In this document: piece after piece, positions 11,316 through 23,715 of the stretch | How positions within the stretch are numbered: the first letter of the stretch is position 1 | Layout of the letters: each line of letters begins with the position of its first letter | Origin: Octopus vulgaris | Taxonomy: Eukaryota | DNA length: 64,000 nt | Direction: 5' to 3' | NCBI GenBank assembly: GCA_951406725.2 | Contig: OX597819.1 | Span: 40,920,001-40,984,000, forward strand | The notes under the pieces: model-generated | What the model saw: only the letters and a program-made list of their open reading frames with translations | Databases searched by the model: none | Told to the model about the DNA's origin: nothing | Program-made: the position numbers and the translations under genes

Positions 11316-13218
11316 GCATCTAGAGTGAATCATCAATAGCTGATACTAAATCACGACACACGAATTGCCTGTGAAATACGTTATTCATAAGGCCCAAGTA
11401 TACAATTTATGCATGATGAATAACTACAAGTCATCGAACGGACATTGATATGAGAAAAAGAGGAAATGAAAAGGCATTAATCTTAAAGAAGTTCAAAAAT
11501 TTTTCTTTATTTTAATTTTTTTGGGGTATATTATAAAAGTATAGCAAGTCTTAGAATGGCATTCACAGGAAACACAAGGAAATAACTTGGTTCTCATAGA
11601 AACGCGTTGCGTAGGATGTTAGTGGGAGTTAGTTTCTTAAAGCTGATGGTTTTTTTAATTTTAGACTTGTATTGCTTTATAATCTTAGACCGGCATTGTA
11701 ACCGCAGGTTATTACAGAGGAAGTTGTAAACAACAAATGTTTTGATTATCATAAACAAGTTGCAGAGGCGGGGGGAACAGTATTTTTTTAACGACTTAGT
11801 CACAAGAGGAAAAGCAGCGATCGTGACCTTTTTTCGTGGCTTCCGAGACAGGTGTGGATAGGAATTAATTTCATGCACTTACTTACCTCCCTTGCGTTGC
11901 GGTCTATCGAAATTCGGATTTTTTTTTTATCGTATGCTTTTGCTTATATTAAAAGAAGGAAAATACCCAATAATATGAGATCTTAAAGAACAAAAATATT
12001 TGATAAATATATTATTTACGTTTTCACTGATGTTTTCGATATCATTTTCATGCTATAATATTTTAATTTTTTTCTTTAAGTAAATGTGTTACAATAAGTT
12101 TCTCAAACTCTCTTTTAAAACTGCAAATAAATGTCTTTTAAAGCCGTTTTATCATTATTTTCTCTAAAATAGTTCAAACTTGTTATTACTGTATTCGGGA
12201 TTCTGAGTTTTCGGTTTTTCAAGCTTCGATATTTTGATTTTACGGCAACGACGACGACGTCGATAAAAGCAGCAAGAACCATCAACTACAGCAGCGATAG
12301 AAATACTGTTACCAATGATACCTCTACACAATCTTCATGAAGTCTTTGCACTTTCATGCGAGTTCCATTACATAATCCTTGACTTATCGAAAGATTTCTT
12401 AGCATCATTACAATAGCTCCTACTTTTAAGTTGAGGCGATGAGGAGGCATACCAGATGGAGTGAGTGAGTTTATGAATTCAAATGGACAGTTCTGAACTT
12501 CTTCATTAGTGCAGGACGCTGAAGAAGTGGCAAAGCGAGAGAGAGAAGGACAGAGAGGAAGTAAGTGATAAGGATGGAATGAGTAAGAGAGAGAGAGAGT
12601 GAGTGAGAGAGAGAGAGAGAGAGAGAGAAAAAGTGAAAAAGAAAGAGGGAGAGAGAGAGTGTAAGAGACAGTGAGAGGTGACGGCGTTCGTTTTGTGTTT
12701 TTAAATGTTTATCACATCGCAAGAGTAGATACAAAGATACATATACACATTGTTAAATCAAAAGTGGGAGAGAAGAAGGACACAAAGGAAGTGAAAGAGA
12801 AAGGGAGAGAGAGAGAGACAGTAGATACATAAATCCAAAGAAAAGTTCATATATAGATACATAGACACAGCAAATATTGGCTGTCATTTCACTTTTCATT
12901 ACCACACGAGGATAAAATTAACTCACAAATGGCTGAGTACTCCACATACATGCATAATATTAACGTAGTTCTCAGTGAGATTCAGCCTCACATAGAATAT
13001 GACAAGGCTGGCCCCCTTTGAATTACAGCTACAACCCGAGACATATATATATATGAATGTATTTGTGTGTGTGTGTATAGCTAAGGTTAGTTAAAACATG
13101 TTTGTGATAATAAGTGTCGCGTGCTGGGAATAGACGCAATTACCAAACCATTTATTATTTCGTTCTTTTGCATTTTAATTTGTACCCAGAAATTTTCAAC
13201 AACTAAACACCAGACGAA

Positions 13219-13424
13219 ATGGAAAAACGAGTAATTTTATCTCCTAAAAATTCTGACTGTCTTGCAATAAATGAAAAAGTTCTTTATATTATACATGAGG
13301 CACTTAAAACGTACTTAAGCACAGATTCAGTGTCCTGCAATAATGAAGAGGAGATTCAGAACTATCCATTTGAATCCATAAACCCACTCACTCCATCTGG
13401 TATGTCTCCTCATCGCCTCAACTT
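13219..13424 (+). pseudogene. Helitron-type PIF1 helicase fragment
   Basis: RVILSPKNSDCLAINEKVL...KTYLSTDSV...NYPFESINPLTPSGMSPHRLNL resembles the PIF1-like segment RAILxPxN...YLSxDS...YPxEFLNSLxPSGLPPHxLxL. Confidence 0.75.
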
Positions 13425-13559
13425 ATTTTCTTTTTCAATGATCCTCAGCTTTATGTTAACATCTACCGGGCAGCTAATTTGTATGTATGTATGTATGTAT
13501 GTATGTATGTATGTATGTATGTATGTATGTATGTATGTATGTATGTATGTATGTATGTA

Positions 13560-13590
<31 letters not shown>

Positions 13591-13639
13591 ATGTATGTAT
13601 GTATGTATGCATATACATTACACACACACACACACACAT

Positions 13640-15243
13640 AATAGAAAATGCTACAAAAAGAAAATAGAAGCTACACGTGGAAATGTAAGGGGAAAGTAAG
13701 AAGAAAAAAAGCGAAAATGCTCATTGGAAATCAGAAAAAGTAAAGGCTTTTTATGACAATTAACAATAGATATATACAATTAGATGAACTTAAGTAATAA
13801 AAGTCATTATTGGGAATTGTTAAAGAGATTCAAAGGCATACCGGTTTCGTAAATTACTGTTCACTGGCTTTGAATGCGCACCGATTACCGAACGGTGTCG
13901 GGTCTACTAGTCTCTGAGTAAAAAGTTTATGTGTAAGGGAGGTAAGTAGTTCTGGATTTGATGCAATTAGGGTAGATATAATACTGTAATGTGAATGGTG
14001 TATGGGATATATAGGGGTTAGTGGTATTAACTGAAAGGTTTGTAGTGTTCTGTATTATGTTATGTGTTCATATTGAGTTGTGGAAGATATTTATTGATGA
14101 AAGTTGCCTCTTTATTCATTCTTTGCTGTACTGAGGTGTTCTGTGAACATTGATAGAAGGGGAAAATTAGGAAATTAGGATTAAGGTTCTTAGCACACCT
14201 TTCTATGTGTTCACTAACTTGTACCTGTCTGTATTATAGATGGCGGATTTGTTCTTTGTGGAGAGTGGTTCTTCGACGAGTGATATTCCTGTTTGGCCAA
14301 TATACTGATTATCGCGCCCAAAGCATGTAATGGTATAGATTAGGTTTTCCGAGGCAAAGGTGAAATTTGATTTAATCTTAAATATTTCACTTCGTTTAAA
14401 GTGGAACTCTGAACCCTCCAAAAGGTGGGGGCATGTGTCACAGTTAGGTCGACCACATTTTTTCATTTTAGGTTCCGTTGTTAATGCATATAGTCTTGCG
14501 CTGGTTAATATTTTTTTCAATGATTTCGGTTGCATTTTGCTTTTGATAATTTTGTATGAGCCTAAAATTTTGTTCATTGTTTTATCTCCTGTGAGGATGG
14601 ATAGATTTTGGATGATAATGTTGAAGACTTCATTGTTTCTAGGATTATGTGTGGAGATGTATGGGAGTATTTTTAAGTCTGGTGTAGTATTTCGGTTGAC
14701 TTCCCTTAATGTTCGTATGTCTATTTCCTTTGCTTGTTTAATGCCATCATTTATTAATGATATTGGGTAATGTCTTTTGATTAATATTTATCTGAGTTCA
14801 AGGTGTCTTCGTTCACGAGTATAGGTGTCCGAAACTATAGTACAGATTCTTTTCGCTAGATTATAAGGTATATTAATTTTTATGTGTTTGTGGTGGCATG
14901 AGTTGAATAATAGGTATTGTTTAGAATCTGTGGGTTTGTAGAAGATGTCTCTTTTGATGTGGTTATTGACTATTTTAATTAGGATGTCAAGAAAAGGGAG
15001 TTGTTTATTGCTGTACTCCATGGTGAATTGTATGTTGCTATTAATATTGTTGAGCATTATTTTGAAATCGAGGAGTTTGCCCATGCTATCTTTCCAAAGT
15101 ATAAAACAATCGTCCAAATACCTCTTCCAGTTCTCCTTTACATAGCAATGAAATGAGGTGCCATATTTTTGTAGTGATGATTGGTTTATTTTAAGTTCTA
15201 GGTAACCCATTACAAGGTTCGCAATCACTGGAGCAGCTCGGGT
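13640..15243 (-). mobile_element. Older 5'-truncated Penelope-like element (RT C-terminal half, GIY-YIG, 3' UTR), frameshifted
   Basis: ORFs 14788-15228 (WKRYLDDCFILW, LPFLDILI, DIFYKPTD) and 14203-14577 (CGRPNCDTC, NLIYTITC, YIGQTG); paralogous to the element at 19430-22620. Confidence 0.9.
13828..13875 (-). ncRNA. Minimal hammerhead motif with G3-C8 core in the PLE 3' UTR
   Basis: Minus strand: ATTCAAAGCCA GTGAACA GTAATTTAC GAA ACCGGT A TGCCTTTGAAT; 10 of 11 bp in stem I, short stem II, palindromic stem III, GUA site. Confidence 0.75.
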
Positions 15244-15332
15244 TAGAGCAGGTTATTTCTTATTTCTAGCAGTGTAGGTGTTCTGACACCCTTAGTCATA
15301 CTTGATGACAATTATAGTTTTACTTTTTGGTG

Positions 15333-15562
15333 GCAGACGAAATATCTATTTCTTTACTACCCACAAGGGGCTAAATACAGAGACGACAAACGGATTAAGT
15401 CGATTACATCGACACCAGTGCGTAACTGGTCCTTAATTTATCGACCCCGAAAGGATGAAAGGCAAAGTCGACCTCGGCGGAATTTGAACTCAGAACGTAG
15501 CGGCAGACGAAATACAGCTACGCATTTCGCCCGGCGTGCTAACGTTTCTGCCAGCTCGCCGC
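15333..15562 (-). mobile_element. tRNA-derived SINE family B
   Basis: Reverse complement GCGGCGAGCTGGCAGAAACGTTAGCACGCCGGGCGAAATGCG...GAGTTCAAATTCCGCCGAGGTCGACTTTGCCTTTCATCCTTTCGGGGTCGATAAATTAAG. Confidence 0.85.
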
Positions 15563-15951
15563 TTTATTGCATACCGCTGTTATCAACAGGTACCTCCTTG
15601 CAACAATGTAACCTTTAATCTAATCAAGATATCCTTAGCCTAAAGATTAGAAGGCAATATACACCTCACCAGGATTTTACCACTTCTGAGGTTCCGCTCG
15701 CTACGAAACATACGTAGCCGGGTCTTTCCTGCTTCATTCCGTATCTCGAGTATTAGTCGCGCACACGGCAACACTGGTCGCCTACCGTGGAATATAAGAA
15801 GAAGTTTTTTAACTTATCGTTCTTCGATATGAAACAAATCCACAACCTTCCGTCTTAATAAACCACTAGCGTCCCTGAAAGTTGCTTTTTTATATTTACT
15901 ACGGATCGCTCGAAGCTAACTTTCTTCCTACACTTCGATGCCTGATCTTAC

Positions 15952-16010
<59 letters not shown>

Positions 16011-16011
<1 letters not shown>

Positions 16012-16415
16012 TCTTTTCTCTTTTACTCTTTTACTTGTTTCAGTCATTTGACTGCGGCCATGCTGGAGCACCGCCTTTAGTCGAGCAAATCGACCCCGGG
16101 ACTTGTAAGTCCAGTACTTATTCTATCGGTCTCTTTAGCCGAACCGCTAAGTGACGGGGACGTAAACACACCAGCATCGGTTGTCAAGCAATGCTAGAGG
16201 GACAAACACAGACACACAAACATATACATACACACATACATATACATATATACGACAGGCTTCTTTCAGTTTCCGTCTACCAAATCCACTCACAAGGCAT
16301 TGGTCGGCCCGAGGCTATAGCAGAAGACACTTGCCCAAGATGCCACGCAGTGGGACTGAACCCAGAACCATGTGGTTGGTAGGCAAGCTACTTACCACAT
16401 AGCCACTCCTGCGCC
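16011..16415 (-). mobile_element. SINE family A, full length
   Basis: Head and tail match 4259-4737. Confidence 0.85.
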
Positions 16416-16429
16416 TATATATATATATC

Positions 16430-16595
16430 ACTTTTTTTCTCTCCTTGTTTCTCTCCTTGCTTTTTCTGTGTCCCTTTCTGTAGAAGAGCGTAGGCTCGAA
16501 ACGTAAAATACTTTTTCTATTCCTGAGCGTTATACTAATACATCTGTTTGTTTTGTACACCACCTGTCTTCGTCTTTTGTTTTTTCGTAAACTCT

Positions 16596-16598
<3 letters not shown>
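16430..16598 (+). mobile_element. Short PLE-3'-end-like repeat with degenerate hammerhead core (16475-16508)
   Basis: TTT CTGTAGA A GAGC GTAG GCTC GAAACGTA AAA followed by a pyrimidine-rich tail ending in (TA)n; related copies at 31360 and 50990. Confidence 0.55.
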
Positions 16599-16670
<72 letters not shown>

Positions 16671-17240
16671 GATTGCATACACGCATAGCATTGTTTTATA
16701 TATGTATACAGGGAGCTGAAAAACGTGTTGATGAGATTTATGTAATGTGCATTTGTGTATGTACGTGTATATACAAAAATATTCGAATACATTACATTAC
16801 ATTGAATATTTGTCAATAACTTATGGCTTTGTCCAATATTATATTCTTCTACACGAAGTAGTATTTCTATGCATGTGCTTTCTTCATTTGACTGAGAATT
16901 TATAGACTTCCATTGTTCAACATATCAATGACCTTCCTACATGTTCAAATACAGTAGGATATGCCCCACTCCTTATGCGACCTGGATGTATTTGGTTTAT
17001 AACTTGAACGTAGATGTATACATATCTATGTTCCAATTAGACATGCACACGAGTACAAACACGCACACACACACACACACATAAACACATACACATACGT
17101 ACGTACATACGTAATGCATACACAATACATACATAATACATATATACATACATATATATATATAATATACAAATATGTATACATATATATATATATATAT
17201 ATATACATATATATACATACATATATATATACATACATAA

Positions 17241-17325
<85 letters not shown>

Positions 17326-17399
17326 TAGATAGACACGTACCCCATCCCCCCATATATATAGGTGCAAGCGTGGTTGTGTGGTAAGAAACTTGCGGCGGT

Positions 17400-18965
17400 C
17401 CTTGCGATGGCCGGGTTTGGCCGGGTTTGGCCCGACCTTCCATGGGTGGATCACCGCTTTATATAGCAACATCGAATTGATCATTCGGGTGAACGGTTTA
17501 TGTTCGGAACCGTTCTGCATTGAGCGCTCGGTACGGCAAGAGTGTCCTCTCTTCCCACGTCTGTATGTTTTGGCCCTCGAGCTATTGCTGCGGAAGTTGG
17601 AGGCTATGAGAGGCATCCCGCGAGATCTAGGGTGTGGAAAATCGGTTTCGGCGTATGCGGACATCACCGTAATCGTATTCCGGGTCGAACACCTACAGTG
17701 GGTAGGTGAGGCCACAAGAGATTACGAGATTACGAAGCGGTGGTAGGAGCAAAAATTAACCGGGATAAATCGGTAGGCTTGGAACTCGGCACCTGGAGGG
17801 GCAAATCGATGCCGCCCAACAGCCTTGCTGGACGTTGAACGGACCGGTAAAAATGCTAGGGATCTAGTTCGGCCCAGACTTCCAGATAGAAAAGAACTGG
17901 AGCGAGGTCGCCAGCAGGTTGGCTCTCCTAACTCAGACCTAACATGAGCGGAAGCTATCCCTGAAAGGGAGGGCAGAGGTTGCAGGTGTGTTTATTGCAT
18001 CTGGTATTACTTATCGCCTGACCGTCGTGCTTTGCTCAGATTCGTGACTGAACAAGTTGGAACGCATGCCTTTCTGCTATTTGTGGAGGGGCTGGAGAAC
18101 TTGTAAGGCGCTCTACTTGCTGCCAACAACCGCTGAAGGATGGGCTGGGGATGTCATGGCTAAAAATGCGCAGGCATGCGCTGAGGTTGAGGCATCTCTG
18201 GATCTACCTGGACGGTGAGCATGTGTGGTCTCTGTTCGTCAGACTGTTGCTTCCGCGGTTCACCTTTTTTAGTGAACTGAAGCCATGGATTAAGCGTAGA
18301 CCGAAGTTGGGTGATTGGCAAGCAGTGTCGTCAGGCACTCTTGCTTCTTTCCCAGACGGGCAATGTCATTTTATAGAGGGCTTGTAGAGTTCAAACGTGA
18401 CGACGCCCTGGGAGAAACCCTGGGCTTTGATGAAGGTCAACCCGCCGGCCTGTACCGGAGAACATTTGGTCCAGGGCCCATTGATAATTTCCAGAAGTCC
18501 CTGGCATGGCAATGTTACCGAGGAACCTTACCTGTTCAGGATAAACTTTACAGACATGGTTCTTCATCCACGCCAACTTGTCCAAGATGCGGGCAAGACC
18601 GTGAAACTGTTCTGCACGCAATTGTGCAATGTCCGAAGATTAAGGAACTTTGGGTTTATTCCGAACAACTGCTGTCACGACAAGGAAGAGTTCAACTGTC
18701 ATCCGAGTCTATAATTAAGATATACCCGCCGTCTTCTCTGAATAGGGAAGTGCAGCCTTGTTTCCTCAGTGTAGTAGCTACTACGAAGGAGGTTATAAGG
18801 AAGACGCGAATGAAAGGGATCGCGACGGGCATCTTCATCGCCAACCTTAGTTGGTTCACTTCTTTTTCACTTAAAAAGAAAAATAAAGCTGGAGAGGAGA
18901 TGCTTGTTACACAGAGTGTTCGGGAAAATATAGAAGAGTGTACCAAGTTTGTTGAGAGTGAGTGA
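17400..18965 (+). pseudogene. L1/Tx1-clade LINE ORF2 remnant (RT plus C-terminal zinc finger)
   Basis: GFGPTFHGWITALY...IRVNG...SVRQECPLFPRLYVLALELL...SAYADI (RT); CPRCGQDRETVLHAIVQCP (CCHC); multiple stops and frameshifts. Confidence 0.85.
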
Positions 18966-19358
18966 ACCTGTTTGAGCGAGAGCATAAAGGGTCTACCAGG
19001 TACTCAGTGTAGGAATGTGGTTTTGGGGGGTCGGCCACGTCCCTCATTACATTTTTGTTAATTCATTCGATTTTGTATTCATTTATCATCAGTTTTATTT
19101 ATGTACACCTTCATGTTGTTTCATTCGTTCCTCGACTCCTTGTCTGTCCTCGTGTTGTCTCCTCATTATTCGTCCAACATGGATAATCAAGAATGAAGTT
19201 TGAAAACGGCTAGTTGAAGCTCGAAACTCATATCAGACTAACTCAGTGTATACAGTATTATTAAGATTAAAATAAAAGTTATCCTTTCCAAAGCGCCTTC
19301 TTTACTCATTTTTTCAAATATCCATAATGCTGTACCAAGAAGTTTCTTTTTATTATTC

Positions 19359-19422
<64 letters not shown>

Positions 19423-19608
19423 TATAGATAGATAAGAAAGTTTGTTTGGTAAAGCACGTGGGTGAATATATAAGAAAATAGTAAAGTGTGAAAAAACGAC
19501 AGAAGGCTTAAATGTTAAAAAAATATATATATTTGTGTCAAAATGTCTGGAGAATATTGGAAAAATTTTTTTCCCTTTCCTTAAAATGACATAATTTTAA
19601 AATTTTTA

Positions 19609-19648
19609 AAGAAATTACCGGTTTCGCGTGTAGCTTTTCAAATTTCTT
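19609..19648 (-). ncRNA. Minimal hammerhead motif with U3-A8 core in the PLE 3' UTR
   Basis: Reverse complement AAGAAAT TTGAAAA GCTACACGC GAA ACCGGT A ATTTCTT. Confidence 0.75.
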
Positions 19649-19784
19649 GTGACGTTATGTTTATATTGCATGGAGTTATCGTTGTTTTTATTTCCAGGAG
19701 ATTTCTAAATAAGGGGAGGTAGTGAGTGATTTCTTCCGGTGTAAGGGAGATAATCGCTTAAAAATTTTTTTTCCTTTTTCCTTG

Positions 19785-21830
19785 TTAATTTCTCTGTGTC
19801 AGTATGTTCGGATGGTTGAGTCTGGGTTTGTACTTTTCAATGAAGAATGTTTCCTTGTTCAGTCTCATTTGTGTTGATGATCCGAAAGCACATTGGTAAA
19901 ATGGGAAGATTAAAAATTGTGGCAGTAGTTGCTTTGCGCATTTCTCAATGTGCTCACTAAAAGGTATCATTCTATATTCTGAGAATGCAATCTGTTGTCG
20001 ATGCAGTGTGCATCTACGCCTGAGTGATAGTCCCGTGGAACCCACGTAGTCTTGGTGGCAGCCCGAGCATTTAATAACATAAATTATGTTTTCAGAGGCA
20101 CAAGTAAAGTTAGATTTGATCTTAAATTTCTGTCCCTCTTTAAAGAAGAATTCTGATCCTTCCAATAGGTTAGGACATGTTGCACAGTTCGATCTACCAC
20201 ATTTTTTTACTTTTGCATCCGTAATTTTAGAAGACAATTTTGCCTTTGTGAGAATCTTTTAAAGTGATTTAGGCTGTTTGTAGCTTTTAATGATTTGGTG
20301 TATGTTTAGAATTTCCTTTAATTTTGGGTTTTTATGAAGTATTGGTAAATTCTGGGTGATGATGGTGAAGGCTTCTTTGTTTCTGGGGTTGTATGTAGAT
20401 ATGTAAGGTAGTATTTTCGGGGAAGGTGTGTTGTTGTGTTGAACTTTTCTTAAAGTTTCTATGTTGATTTCTGTTGCACGTCTGATCCCATCCTCTATGA
20501 GTTGAGCTGGGTAATGTCTGTCAATTAGGGTGTTTTTGAGTTCTTGCAGTCTAAAGTTCCTGGTATTTTGTTCTGACACTATTGTGCATATCCTTCTTGC
20601 AAGGTTGAAGGGGATGTTTGTTTTAGTGTGTCTTGGGTGGCATGAATTAAAAAGAAGGTATTGTTTGGCGTCTGTGGCTTTGTAAAAAATGTCTGTTTCT
20701 ATTTTAAGGTTAATTTTTTTAATTAGTATATCCAAGAACGGGAGCTCCTTTTGGTTGTATTCCATTGTGAACTGTATATTTGGGTTTATGCTGTTCAATA
20801 GGTTTTTAAATTTTAGGAGTTTATCTATGTTTTCATTCCAGAGAATGAAACAATCGTCTAGGAATCGTTTCCAATTCTCTTTTATGTATTGAGAGAGGGA
20901 GTTTCCAAAGATTGATAGAGATTCCTGGTAAATGATTATTTCCATGTATCCCATTGTTAAGTTCGCAATGACTGGTGCTGCCCTTGTACCCATAGCAATT
21001 CCGGATTTTTGACGGTAAAATGTATTGTCAAACATGAAGTGGTTATTGTGTAGGATGAATTCAATTGATTTAGTAATGAATTCCTTACTGATCCTTTTTG
21101 GTATTTCTTCCGGAAATTGGTCTAACCAGAATTGTATTGCCTCCAGTCCATAATTATGAGGTATACTGGTATACAAGTTGACTACATCAAATGAAACCAG
21201 GATTGTTTCTTCCTTGGTTTTTTTTGGAAGGTGGTTTAACATATCTAAGTCATCTCTGATATGGCTATCGATATGTTTAAGGAAGGGTTTCAAGAGGATG
21301 TCCATAAGTAGACTTAGTCTGTGTGTTTCACAGGTTGGGCCAGCTACAATGGGTCGTAGTTTTAGGTCCCCCGGATTAGGTGTGTGTATGTATGTCTTTG
21401 GTGATTTTTTAATGGTTTCATTTATAATTTGACTTTTATGAATTTTTGGCAGACCATAGAAAAGGCTAGGTTTGCATTTAAAGTTTGTTAGGAAATCAAT
21501 CTCTTTGGTTGTCAGTTCCTTTTCATGGGTTTTAATTAGTGAAGATAGAGTTTTCATTATTTTTTGTGGGGTGTAGTTGGTAATTTTTTCATAATGTAGG
21601 TCTTCATCAAGCAAGGAAATTACAAGATTTCTGTAGTATGATGTATCCATTATTACAACTGCATTTCCCTTGTCCGCTTCCTTAATGGTTATATCTTCAT
21701 CATTTTGGAGTTCTATCAGTTCTTTCCATTGCGTAGTGTTAAAATTTGGGTTAGCTTTCTGTTTATGTATAGTATGGTAGGGGAAGTTCTCAATGTGGTT
21801 ACAGAATTCGTCAAGATCTTTATTTCTCAC
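19785..21830 (-). pseudogene. PLE reverse transcriptase plus GIY-YIG endonuclease, one frame broken by a single TAA at 20259-20261
   Basis: IKEADKGNAVV, FYGLPKIHK, LRPIVAG, SFDVVNLYTSIP, GIAMGTRAAP, RFLDDCF, LPFLDI; then in the same frame NIIYVIKCSGC, YVGSTG. The paralogue reads QPKSLKKIL where this copy reads QPKSL*KIL. Confidence 0.92.
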
Positions 21831-22305
21831 AAAGATTCTCACAAAGGCAAAATTGTCTTCTAAAATTACGGATGCAAAAGTAAAAAAATGTGGTAGATCG
21901 AACTGTGCAACATGTCCTAACCTATTGGAAGGATCAGAATTCTTCTTTAAAGAGGGACAGAAATTTAAGATCAAATCTAACTTTACTTGTGCCTCTGAAA
22001 ACATAATTTATGTTATTAAATGCTCGGGCTGCCACCAAGACTACGTGGGTTCCACGGGACTATCACTCAGGCGTAGATGCACACTGCATCGACAACAGAT
22101 TGCATTCTCAGAATATAGAATGATACCTTTTAGTGAGCACATTGAGAAATGCGCAAAGCAACTACTGCCACAATTTTTAATCTTCCCATTTTACCAATGT
22201 GCTTTCGGATCATCAACACAAATGAGACTGAACAAGGAAACATTCTTCATTGAAAAGTACAAACCCAGACTCAACCATCCGAACATACTGACACAGAGAA
22301 ATTAA
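21831..22305 (+). pseudogene. Inverted duplicate of the PLE GIY-YIG endonuclease domain (open frame)
   Basis: ORF 21793-22305 is identical in protein to 19785-20237 over the endonuclease domain. Confidence 0.85.
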
Positions 22306-22442
22306 CAAGGAAAAAGGAAAAAAAAATTTTTAAGCGATTATCTCCCTTACACCGGAAGAAATCACTCACTACCTCCCCTTATTTAGAAATCTCCTGGAAA
22401 TAAAAACAACGATAACTCCATGCAATATAAACATAACGTCAC

Positions 22443-22482
22443 AAGAAATTTGAAAAGCTACACGCGAAACCGGTAATTTCTT
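22443..22482 (+). ncRNA. Minimal hammerhead motif with U3-A8 core (inverted-arm copy)
   Basis: 7-bp stem I AAGAAAT/ATTTCTT, core TTGAAAA at 22450-22456, stem II GC-TACAC-GC, GAA-ACCGGT-A. Confidence 0.75.
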
Positions 22483-22630
22483 TAAAAATTTTAAATTATG
22501 TCATTTTAAGGAAAGGGAAAAAAATTTTTCCAATATTCTCCAGACATTTTGACACAAATATATATATTTTTTAACATTTAAGCCTTCTGTCGTTTTTTCA
22601 CACTTTACTATTTTCTTATATATATATATA

Positions 22631-22743
<113 letters not shown>

Positions 22744-23054
22744 TAGGACAATCAGTAAGTTGTCGTAATAGAACTCAGAGTTTCAAATGCGGGAGCTAAG
22801 AGCTTCGAGGCATTTTCGTCGGATATTTTGATGATAGGCGCTATGAAAAACCGTTGAATAAAAGAGAAGTTACTCTTATAGGCATGAAAAAATATAAAAG
22901 ATATAAAATATAAAAAAAAAAAAAAAAATACACGCAACCACATTCTCACAATAGATCGAAACCTTCTGCGTTCGTAAAATCTACATACGTACACACTTGC
23001 ACAGACAAGTTTATATATATATATATATATATAAACATACATACATACATATAT

Positions 23055-23104
<50 letters not shown>

Positions 23105-23715
23105 GCCCATACACACATTTACATGCTCATATTTACATCTCTACACACATACACGTTTATATGTATACACAACTTCATCCTGACATAGATATATGCCTAT
23201 GCTTATATATTAGACATTTATGCAAATAAATATACTCGTACATAAACGTAAATATATACATATATGCACAATTGTACAGCATATATTCACACACGCCGCA
23301 TATATGAATGGACACACACACACACACACACATTTATACACACTCCTATCAATCAACACACCTACAACCGCAGATATAAAAGCGTATGTACATAAATATA
23401 CAGAAGGAGACATGTACATAACAGTCGCCCTTATGCACTGGATACAGTCTTACACTCGTATACATACATATATACATACATACATACACTCGTACACATA
23501 TATACACACGCACACACATACACATTTAATATATACTTATATATACATATACTCACACGTATATACAATCACACAAATAAAAAAGGAAAAAATGAAAAAT
23601 ATATATAAAACAATAAAAAATGTTAAGACATGAAAGGCTTGTATAGGGGCATAATAAAAAAGCAGGTTCTATCCGTGATCTTGGGGTGGGGGTGTGGGCC
23701 CAAAACCGTAACGAT

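Larger units (their letters stand above)
19427..22620 (-). mobile_element. Young 5'-truncated Penelope-like retroelement (Neptune-like) with an inverted copy of its 3' end
   Basis: RT-GIY-YIG ORF on minus; arms 19466-20259 and 21831-22620 are near-identical inverted repeats; both ends abut (TA)n; Cys-rich linker CGRSNCATC. Confidence 0.95.

Noticed and set aside
21831-22004. N-terminal ~57 aa of the 581-aa ORF 20259-22004
   Set aside because: It is the antisense reading of the inverted endonuclease arm, not a real RT N-terminus; the element is 5'-truncated
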